A stretch of DNA of 64,000 bases. Source: an uncultured virus (IMG/VR IMGVR_UViG_3300031673_000024). Its lineage: Duplodnaviria; Heunggongvirae; Uroviricota; Caudoviricetes. Location of the stretch: IMG/VR virus record IMGVR_UViG_3300031673_000024. The stretch is one strand, 5' to 3'. The position numbers and the translations under genes are program-made. Of this stretch, positions 56,672 through 64,000 are shown piece by piece (position 1 is the stretch's first letter; every line of letters starts with the position of its first letter). The notes under the pieces are model-generated. The model saw nothing but the letters and a program-made list of their open reading frames with translations, was not told the origin of the DNA and did no database searches.

Positions 56672-59329
56672 TCAGCCGCAGCCGGTTGTGTCCCCGCAGT
56701 TGTCGCACTTGTGGCACGAACCTGCACGAACAGTCATGTGACCACAAGCAAGGCATGGAGGACCAGAAACAACCCGCCGACCCTCGCGCACTGGGACACT
56801 GGGTTTGGCAACAGAGGCGGAAGGTGATCCGGGCTCTGCGGTGGTCCTCATCTCGACGATCCTCGCAATGTAGTCGAGCAGCGACGTAGCCGAGGGAACA
56901 TCCGGGTTGCCCGTGAACCCAGCAGGCTCGAACGAGGTGTGCTTGAACTTCTCAGTGAGGGTGTCCACAGGGATACCCCACTGAATCGCAATCGAGAACA
57001 GCGTCGCCCAGCCGTCGAGGAGACCGTTGAGAGTCGATCCCTGCTTGGAGACGTTCACGAACACTTCACCAAGCTGTCCGTCCGGGTAGTACCCGAGCGT
57101 CAGGTAGCCGTTATGCCCGTTGAGTCCGAACTTGTGTACGGATGCCATACGGTCGTTAGGCATCGGACGGCGGTGAAGCTCCCCAGCCGCCACAGAACGC
57201 GGAGCGGTCTCCGCGTCGACGTTGAGAGGCTGGCTCTCCTTGCAGCCGTCACGGTAGATGGCAATCGCCTTCAAGCCCATGCGCCACGCTTCCATGTACA
57301 TCTGCTTGACGTCCTCCACCGTGGACTCGCTGGGCATGTTCACGGTCTTGCTGATAGCGCCAGACAAGAAAGGCTGACAGGCAGCCATCATGTTCACATG
57401 ACCCATAGCCGAGATCGACCTATCACCGCGTTTAGGCTTGAGGGAGCAGTCGAAAACCGCCAGGTCCTTGTCCTTGATATGCGGAGAACCCTCGATGGTG
57501 TCGTTCGCTTCGATGTACGCGATGATGTCAGCCACATTCTCGGCGGAGTAGCCGATGTTACGCAAGGCCATACCCACGCCCTGGTTGACGATCTTCATGC
57601 TCCCGCCGCCGACGAGCTTCTTGTACTTGACGAGGGCGAGGTCAGGCTCGATGCCGGTTGTGTCGCAATCCATCATGAACGAGATCGTGCCTGTCGGAGC
57701 GAGAACACTGGCCTGCGCGTTGCGCATTCCAGTGCTATTGGCGTACGTGATGGCAGCCTCCCACTCATCATGGGCCTCGGTGAAGATGTCCGAGAACATG
57801 GAACGGCTGGCGTGGTCGTCGTTTGCTGCCAGATGCATCTTCAGCACTTCCGTCATCGGCTCCCGATTGCGGAAGAAGCCCTCGAAAGCCCCGACCTTCT
57901 CGGCGATCTGACCACTCATCCGGTAAGAGGTAGCAGACATGAGCGAGGTGATCGATCCAGCTAGGTCACGACCCTTGGTGCTGTTGTAGGGCAGACCGAG
58001 AGACATGAGCAGGGCTCCCAGGTTGGCGAAGCCGATACCCAATGTGCGGTACTTCTTCGCCTCTCTGGTGATGTTCTCCGTGGGGAAGCCCGAGAAGGAG
58101 ATGAGCGTCTCCTGCGCGAGAATAGTAAACTCCACACCAGCCTTGAAGGCGTCGACGTCGAACGCCCCATCATCCTTACGGAACTTCATCAAGTTAAGAG
58201 AAGCAAGGTTACATGCCGAGTTGTCGAGGAACATGAACTCCGAACATGGGTTCGATGCCACGATCTGACCGTCCGCCGAGCACGTGTGCCACTCGTTCAC
58301 GGTATCGTGAAACTGGAGGCCAGGGTCGCCACATGCCCAAGCAGCCTCAGCAATCTTGCCGAAAAGATCGCGTGCATTGACCATACGGGCTACGCCACCA
58401 TCAGGCACACGCGACTTGAGGCCCCAAGAGGACCCCTCCTCGACCGCCTTCATAAAGGCGTCGCTGATACGAACCGAGTTGTTAGCGTTCTGCCAAGGAG
58501 CGAGGTCGTAGGCACCGCCTTCCTTGTTGAACTCGGGAGAGAAGCCAGCGGCGATGAGAGCCTGGACAACCTTCTCGGCCTCCACCTTCGTCATCACGAA
58601 CGCTTCAATGTCTGGGTGGTCGTCGTTCATGACGAGCATCTTGGCTGCGCGTCGCGTCTTGCCTCCCGACTTGATCGCAGCGGCGCTGCGGTCCCATCCC
58701 AAGGCAAACGACAGCGGCCCGGAGGCGTAGCCGCCGCCCGACAGTCGGGCGTTCTTCTCGCGGATGCGGGAGATGTTCACCCCTGCCCCGGAACCCTTGC
58801 GGAAGACGTAGCCTTCTTCGGTGGCGAGGTTGAGGATCGACTCCATTGTGTCGTCGACACTCAGGATGAAGCAGGCGCTCGACTGCGGGTTCTCTTCTGC
58901 CCCGACGTTGAACCAGACAGGCGAGTTGAACGCCATCATCTGGTTGAGGCACATGAAGCGAAGCTCGTCTTCGAGAATCTTCCCAGCATCATCGGACAGA
59001 TACCGGTTCTCTACGGCTGCGGTGGCGATGGTGACGACGACGCGGTCGATCAGTTGACGGACAGAGGACTCGCGCTTCTCCCCGTGGCCACGGAAATACT
59101 TGGAGGCGACGATGTTCGTAGCGTTCTGCGACCAGAACTTGGGTACCTCGACACCGTACTGCTCGAAGATGATCTCCCCGTCGAGGTCCTTCATGACGAC
59201 GTCGCGCATCTCCCATTCGACCTCGTCGTAGGGTGATGTCGTCGTAGTGAAGTAGCGCTTGAGGGGGAGCCGCTTGGCTTTGACAGAAGTAGAAGAAGTG
59301 GGAACAGTAGCCGTAGCGGCGTCCAACAT
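56672..59329 (-). CDS. nrdJ: Class II (adenosylcobalamin-dependent) ribonucleotide reductase with TSCPD domain and Zn ribbon
   Basis: FNSPVWFN, SACFI, GGKTRRAAKM, SNPCSE, ACNLAS, APTGT, AISKTVN, YRDGCK, terminal CxxC..CxxCG...GC. Confidence 0.95.
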   Translation of the reverse strand: MLDAATATVPTSSTSVKAKRLPLKRYFTTTTSPYDEVEWEMRDVVMKDLDGEIIFEQYGVEVPKFWSQNATNIVASKYFRGHGEKRESSVRQLIDRVVVTIATAAVENRYLSDDAGKILEDELRFMCLNQMMAFNSPVWFNVGAEENPQSSACFILSVDDTMESILNLATEEGYVFRKGSGAGVNISRIREKNARLSGGGYASGPLSFALGWDRSAAAIKSGGKTRRAAKMLVMNDDHPDIEAFVMTKVEAEKVVQALIAAGFSPEFNKEGGAYDLAPWQNANNSVRISDAFMKAVEEGSSWGLKSRVPDGGVARMVNARDLFGKIAEAAWACGDPGLQFHDTVNEWHTCSADGQIVASNPCSEFMFLDNSACNLASLNLMKFRKDDGAFDVDAFKAGVEFTILAQETLISFSGFPTENITREAKKYRTLGIGFANLGALLMSLGLPYNSTKGRDLAGSITSLMSATSYRMSGQIAEKVGAFEGFFRNREPMTEVLKMHLAANDDHASRSMFSDIFTEAHDEWEAAITYANSTGMRNAQASVLAPTGTISFMMDCDTTGIEPDLALVKYKKLVGGGSMKIVNQGVGMALRNIGYSAENVADIIAYIEANDTIEGSPHIKDKDLAVFDCSLKPKRGDRSISAMGHVNMMAACQPFLSGAISKTVNMPSESTVEDVKQMYMEAWRMGLKAIAIYRDGCKESQPLNVDAETAPRSVAAGELHRRPMPNDRMASVHKFGLNGHNGYLTLGYYPDGQLGEVFVNVSKQGSTLNGLLDGWATLFSIAIQWGIPVDTLTEKFKHTSFEPAGFTGNPDVPSATSLLDYIARIVEMRTTAEPGSPSASVAKPSVPVREGRRVVSGPPCLACGHMTVRAGSCHKCDNCGDTTGCG

Positions 59330-59426
59330 AGAAGCACCCTCGTGTTTGGTCGTGATGTGGTGGGGCGGCGGACGCCGCGCGTAGAGACAGAGTGATCGTC
59401 GACGAGAAGAGAGGCCCGAGGAGACC

Positions 59427-60383
59427 TTACGCCTTCTTTTGGGTCTTCTTCTTAGCCTTAGCCTTCGCTGGCTTACTCTTGAATCTTCTCTTCTTCGGAG
59501 CCGACAATTCGTCTTCGGGCGGAAGCTCGCTTATGAACACACAGTTGCGGTGCGGAGGAAAGATGGCGGTGAAGTACAGGAAGTCGCCGCTGTAGAGCTT
59601 GAGGTTGAACTCGTTGACTGCCTGACCCACGCGGTAGTCAACGTCCTCGTTCTCACACAGCTTTCGGTAGGCACGGGCCATCGTCAGCCCAACATCAGAG
59701 CCCGCAAGGTCCAGCGCGGTGCTCCATATGTCCTTTGCCTCGTCAGGCAGCTTCTTGGTCACGGCGCTCGTGACCTTGAGCCTCGTCGTAATCCGGAATA
59801 GAAACCTGATGTACGCATCAATCACGATAGAGAAGGGGAGGGGGCTCTCGGTTTCGTCTAGGATGCGCTTGACCTCGGCCATCATCCGCTGCGCTCCGGA
59901 CACAGGAGCGACCTCTGGGATGGGCATCCTGCTGGTCGACTCCAATACCGACGGGCGTCTCTTTCCTAGAGCGGCGGTGAGCTTTGCAGCTAGAGGGAAA
60001 GGGCTTGCGGGACTGGGCAGCGCGACGGTCTCGTTCATCTCTGCCGGTGTTAGATGCCTGGGGGTAGGGATGCCATCCTCCACCTCAACATCAACGACCT
60101 CGAACCCCTCCGTGCTCCTCTTGAGCGTGTGGAGGTTTTGCAAGTCGTCAAATACGAAGATCGAGTCGAACCTGTCGTAGTCCTTCGCTACACGGTGCAG
60201 GGAAGACGCCCCCAGGAGGAGCAGCACGGACTTGCGCCCGTCTCCCTCCACTTCACTCATGAACTTCATGTACTGAGCTAGGACACGCGGGGTATCTGCG
60301 TACACAACCGGACGCCAACGAACAGGGTCGACCATCGACATCACAGCGATCGGGTTCGTGAAGGAAAAACCGACAAATGCCAT
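59427..60383 (-). CDS. Hypothetical protein with Lys-rich tail
   Basis: 318 aa, GAGG RBS, operonic spacing. Confidence 0.65.
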   Translation of the reverse strand: MAFVGFSFTNPIAVMSMVDPVRWRPVVYADTPRVLAQYMKFMSEVEGDGRKSVLLLLGASSLHRVAKDYDRFDSIFVFDDLQNLHTLKRSTEGFEVVDVEVEDGIPTPRHLTPAEMNETVALPSPASPFPLAAKLTAALGKRRPSVLESTSRMPIPEVAPVSGAQRMMAEVKRILDETESPLPFSIVIDAYIRFLFRITTRLKVTSAVTKKLPDEAKDIWSTALDLAGSDVGLTMARAYRKLCENEDVDYRVGQAVNEFNLKLYSGDFLYFTAIFPPHRNCVFISELPPEDELSAPKKRRFKSKPAKAKAKKKTQKKA

Positions 60384-60391
60384 ACAGAACC

Positions 60392-61045
60392 TCAGACCCT
60401 AGAGACAGCAAGCTCGATGAGCTTTGATACAAAGCGAGCCTTGAAGCTAGCGTCATCAAACGGGAAAGCCAACCCCTCATGTGCCGCGTTACGCTTAACT
60501 CTGAAAGCAACAACAACACGTTCTGGTTGTGCATAGTTGCCATCGATGACGTCGGTAGCCGAGCGTCCCGTAGGCTTGAGCGAGGGGTTGTCGAATGAAA
60601 TGATCCCGTGGTCTAGCTCATCGCCGAGGGTGGCCTGAATGAGCAGCTTAGAGGCGCGCTGTACGCCCTTGAGGCGCAGGACGAGAAGCCGCCACCACCA
60701 CTCCATCGGACCATCGACCTCAGTAAGCTCTCGCTTCCTGAGAGCTTCCCAGAAGGCCGCGTGACCTGGGTGCTTGGCCTGGAGATAGATGGAGGACTTC
60801 AAGCGCTCACGCGCGTCCTCAGCCAGCCCAAGCTGGTCACAGAACATCTTGCGAGTCTGCTCGTACCTGGGCTTGGCCGCCAGATCGACTACGCTGGCTG
60901 GATTCGATCCATGCTCCGGGCGACTGAGCCCAAAGCTCGCCCACTCGAAGTCTGGGATGCCGGTCCATTGGAGCCAAAGCTGCGTTAGCGCTGGGTGCGC
61001 ACGCTGCATAGCCCCGATAACACCAACCTGTACGACCTTCGCCAA
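60392..61045 (-). CDS. Hypothetical protein
   Basis: 217 aa, G-rich RBS, TTG start. Confidence 0.6.
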   Translation of the reverse strand: MAKVVQVGVIGAMQRAHPALTQLWLQWTGIPDFEWASFGLSRPEHGSNPASVVDLAAKPRYEQTRKMFCDQLGLAEDARERLKSSIYLQAKHPGHAAFWEALRKRELTEVDGPMEWWWRLLVLRLKGVQRASKLLIQATLGDELDHGIISFDNPSLKPTGRSATDVIDGNYAQPERVVVAFRVKRNAAHEGLAFPFDDASFKARFVSKLIELAVSRV

Positions 61046-61076
61046 GCTACACCCCCCTGAGGGGAATAGCTGTACA

Positions 61077-62231
61077 TCAGTCGCCGACCAGGTTGAAGCC
61101 CCGAATAAACACCCCCGCCGTCACGGCTGGAACCTCGATAGTAACGCCAAGCGAAAATGGAGGATTAGCGTCGTCGTAGTTTCCCAGGACGAACGTACCA
61201 GCAGGACTCGATCCTGGGTCTGTGGCGATGACGGGGCCAGACACCTTGTTCGGTGTCGAGGACAACTCAGTCCTATCCAGCGTGTACACGTTGTAAGGAT
61301 GGGTGCTCAAGCTCACGCTAGCAAGGCTAGCGAGGTCGGCGAAGACTTCGATCCGCTTGGGGAGAGGGCGCGGCGGGAGCGGAATACGGAACTGGTACGT
61401 CTGGATACCGACGCCAGCGGAGTTGACGATCTGAAGACCGACGTTCTCCGGCTCACGTACGTCCCAGGTAACCCCTGCCTCAGAGCCCGGAGCAATCCCG
61501 TTGTCGCTGATGCGTACCGAGGTCGCAGACACATAGGTCAGGATCTCGAACCAGCCGTTGTTGTTCCCCGTGGCATTGGAAACGAGAAGGAAGCGACCCA
61601 CGTCACTTGTCTGCATCCCTACGAGGCCAGTGACATCGATCTGACTCGCGATCGTAGCTCCTGATGCGCTCAGAGTCGCCGACGCCGTTCCACTACGTAG
61701 CGAATGGCTCTGCTGTGTCGCCGTGATGTTTACACCGCGAGACACGTCACATGCCTGTGGGAACGGGGCCGGGAGGAACCCGTCCTCGATCGCCTCCAAT
61801 AGTGAACCAGCCTGGAGAGTCGGCGGACGGCTGAGCATGTCTGCTGTCAACGGTCCCGCACCCGTATGGCGGATCCAGATCAACGCCAGCGAGTTCGGGT
61901 TGGGGTCGCCCTCACGCCCGAGAATACCAGCACGCAACGTGTAGAAGGCGGAGGAACCACCCGTCGCCTGGATGTCGTCATGGTCGGCGGTGATGGTGTA
62001 GTCCGTAGCCACGCCCGGGGTAGGTACCGTCACCTGCGTAACAGCAGTCTCACCAACCAGAACACCGTTCGGGAGAAGGAACGTCCCCGCTGAAAGCTCA
62101 AGCAGGGTACCGCTGACGACGGTGGGGACAAATCCCTCGTAGATGCCAGGAGTGAAGAGAGCCGTTGTGAGCTTCTTCGTCCTGCCCTGCGTTAGGAGCG
62201 CACCGAAATCGTAGACACGGGATTGAGTCAT
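61077..62231 (-). CDS. Putative baseplate/tail structural protein with inserted beta domain
   Basis: PGIYEGF...G..L..NG N-terminal pattern; insert similar to that in 52522..53223. Confidence 0.55.
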   Translation of the reverse strand: MTQSRVYDFGALLTQGRTKKLTTALFTPGIYEGFVPTVVSGTLLELSAGTFLLPNGVLVGETAVTQVTVPTPGVATDYTITADHDDIQATGGSSAFYTLRAGILGREGDPNPNSLALIWIRHTGAGPLTADMLSRPPTLQAGSLLEAIEDGFLPAPFPQACDVSRGVNITATQQSHSLRSGTASATLSASGATIASQIDVTGLVGMQTSDVGRFLLVSNATGNNNGWFEILTYVSATSVRISDNGIAPGSEAGVTWDVREPENVGLQIVNSAGVGIQTYQFRIPLPPRPLPKRIEVFADLASLASVSLSTHPYNVYTLDRTELSSTPNKVSGPVIATDPGSSPAGTFVLGNYDDANPPFSLGVTIEVPAVTAGVFIRGFNLVGD

Positions 62232-62234
62232 CCG

Positions 62235-62675
62235 TCAGCCCTTCACGCCTTCAAGCAGCTTCTTGAGCTTGCCTGCGATGGTCTCAAGCTCGTCGGCCAG
62301 CGCCTGGGCCTCATCGTCTTCCATCTTCGTCGTCTTGGCCTTACGAAGGGCAGCGATGGTCTGACCACCAATGCCCATCACCTTCTTCAAGGCGTTGACA
62401 ACCGACTTGGCGTCATCAGGCAGCTTGTCATCCGACTTCTGCTTTGCTTGAACCAGGGCACGCTTGTCGAGGAGATGCTCCACCTTGGCGAGAGCGTAGA
62501 TGACGCCGCTCTGCTTTTGGAGTGAGGACCTGAGGATGTTCTTTGCGATGTTGGTGACAAGCCCGAGGTCACCGTCATCGAAATCCGCTTCCTTCTTGCC
62601 CCGCTGAGCGGACACAGTTTTCTTGGCCTTCTTCCAAGCCTTCTCTTCTTCGGTGGTGTTAACCCAAGCGGGCAT
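62235..62675 (-). CDS. Basic helical hypothetical protein
   Basis: AGGAG RBS; MPAWV...E.AW.KAK motif. Confidence 0.65.
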   Translation of the reverse strand: MPAWVNTTEEEKAWKKAKKTVSAQRGKKEADFDDGDLGLVTNIAKNILRSSLQKQSGVIYALAKVEHLLDKRALVQAKQKSDDKLPDDAKSVVNALKKVMGIGGQTIAALRKAKTTKMEDDEAQALADELETIAGKLKKLLEGVKG

Positions 62676-62845
62676 GGAAGTCTCCTAACGAACCGGGCCA
62701 GGCGCGCGCAAGCAGCCTACCCCTCAGTATGCGTTCGAGGGGTCGGAGTCACGTAAGCGTCAACTCAACGGTTTACATCAAGTATTTATTAGTACCCGCC
62801 GCGCGGCCCGGAAGGACGTAGAACCTAGTCTCACAGCCTCGACAC

Positions 62846-62884
62846 AAAGAAAAACGGGAGCCAAGTGGCTCCCGTTTTTCTTTT
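62846..62884 (-). terminator. Intrinsic terminator after the major capsid gene
   Basis: AAAGAAAAACGGGAGCCA-AG-TGGCTCCCGTTTTTCTTT hairpin with T-runs on both strands. Confidence 0.85.
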
Positions 62885-62899
62885 GCTTCTAGTAACTTA

Positions 62900-64000
62900 C
62901 TAGACGCGGGTGCCGATGGCGACGGCGCGGTCCTGAACGTGGAGAGACTCCAAGCCCATGAGGTAGAAGCCGCGGCGCGGCGCACCCAATGGATAATGGT
63001 TGATCTCTGTCGACTGGATCTCGCGACGAACACCACGCTGGCCGAGGGCGATCGGGGTGCCGAGAGCGAAGACCTCACCCGGCTGCAACACCTGGAGGGT
63101 GTCGTAGCGGAAGCCGTCGGTGATCAGGTTCATGTCGAGCAGGGCGCCGAGCTTGCCCTCCATGATCAACTGGTACTTGTGAACGGGCTCCCACCACGTC
63201 GTGAACGACGGGTCGGCGATCATGTCGTCCCAGATGTCGAAGGAGAACAGGAGGTGAGCGGCGGGGATGCCGTTCGACAGGACCTGCGTGCGGAGCGCCG
63301 TGAGAACCTGCGGCGTGAACGTCGCGAAGCTCACCGGAGCGTTGAAGACACCAGCCGTGGCGAGGAGCAGGCTTCGCAGAATGCGATCCTGGCGAACCAT
63401 GACCGCTTCGAGCGCGTCCTGGAACTTCTCGTCAAGGAACTCCGGGCCTGCCTGAGCAAGCTCGCGCTCCTCGATGAGCACCTGGCTCTGGAGGTAGTAG
63501 TCCTGGGGGTAGATGTACGCCTGCTCGACGATCTGTGCGATACCTTCGCCATCGTTGATGACTTGGAACGCGGTCACGTCCTTGCGGCGCAGCTTGATGC
63601 GGTTGTCCACACCGTCGACGACGTCCTTGCGGGCGACGACCTGCGGTGTGAAGCCCTGACGGTTCAGGGTTTCCCACACATCCTCGGCGAACACTTCGCC
63701 CATGAGCTTCATGCGATCATCGCCAGAACCGAAGGCGCTGACGAGTTCCTCGTGACGCTCCTTCTTGGCGCTGAGCTTGGCGCGCTCATCGGTGAAGCCT
63801 GCGTCACTGCCGATCTGGCCGTTCTGAACCATCGCGTGGAGCGCGTTGATCTTCTGGGCGAGGTCTTTGGTGTCGTAGGCGTTGATCTCACCAGAGGCGT
63901 CGGTCATGCGACCACCCGCTGCCTGGATCTGACCGTTGCTCTTCTTTGCGAACGCGGGCATGTGCCCCATCACGGGCTCCCGCGTCGCCAAATGGAAGTC
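62900..64000 (-). CDS. Probable major capsid protein (HK97-like fold), likely 5'-truncated by window edge
   Basis: Frame open to 64000; very strong codon bias; followed by a strong terminator; size and pattern (R.GF, E.....ED/QD, G.LG...D.....D, L.PGEVF) fit large-myovirus capsid proteins. Confidence 0.7.
   Translation of the reverse strand, partial: DFHLATREPVMGHMPAFAKKSNGQIQAAGGRMTDASGEINAYDTKDLAQKINALHAMVQNGQIGSDAGFTDERAKLSAKKERHEELVSAFGSGDDRMKLMGEVFAEDVWETLNRQGFTPQVVARKDVVDGVDNRIKLRRKDVTAFQVINDGEGIAQIVEQAYIYPQDYYLQSQVLIEERELAQAGPEFLDEKFQDALEAVMVRQDRILRSLLLATAGVFNAPVSFATFTPQVLTALRTQVLSNGIPAAHLLFSFDIWDDMIADPSFTTWWEPVHKYQLIMEGKLGALLDMNLITDGFRYDTLQVLQPGEVFALGTPIALGQRGVRREIQSTEINHYPLGAPRRGFYLMGLESLHVQDRAVAIGTRV

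Noticed and set aside
62782..62790. AATAAATA on minus strand resembling the T4 late promoter TATAAATA
   Set aside because: Single imperfect occurrence; not seen upstream of other late genes.
1..64000. tRNA/rRNA genes, transposases, introns/inteins
   Set aside because: No cloverleaf signatures in the few intergenic gaps, and nrdJ, TopIB and the exonuclease appear uninterrupted; checked by eye only.

Overview
A gene-dense, high-GC segment of a large tailed phage with a contractile tail (myovirus/jumbo-phage-like). There is no bacterial housekeeping context and I saw no tRNA, rRNA, CRISPR array or transposase. From left to right: (1) minus-strand modular tail-fibre/virion genes (1-10991); (2) a DnaN-like sliding clamp with a long charged tail, then small accessory genes; (3) a baseplate module (hub with M23 peptidase, spike, gp25-like wedge, baseplate J; 16401-27647); (4) a long accessory region (27663-54249) encoding a zeta-toxin-like kinase, GNATs, ADP-ribosyltransferase-like domains, a ParB-like domain, endonuclease I, a 5'-3' exonuclease, topoisomerase IB, a SAM methyltransferase and a 2H phosphoesterase; (5) an amidase endolysin, a PAS-GGDEF protein, class II ribonucleotide reductase and a probable major capsid protein cut by the right edge. 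The main discovery is that about a dozen otherwise unrelated accessory proteins carry the same ~20-aa helical tag (typified by MDADTRAEVAKALRAAAAVLA), sometimes as identical DNA cassettes and sometimes internally or at the C-terminus. This suggests a modular capsid-targeting/protease-processed system that packages and injects effector enzymes. A candidate phage promoter motif (GCAYMCTG) also recurs upstream of several transcription units. All functional calls come from motifs read by eye; no database searches were run.
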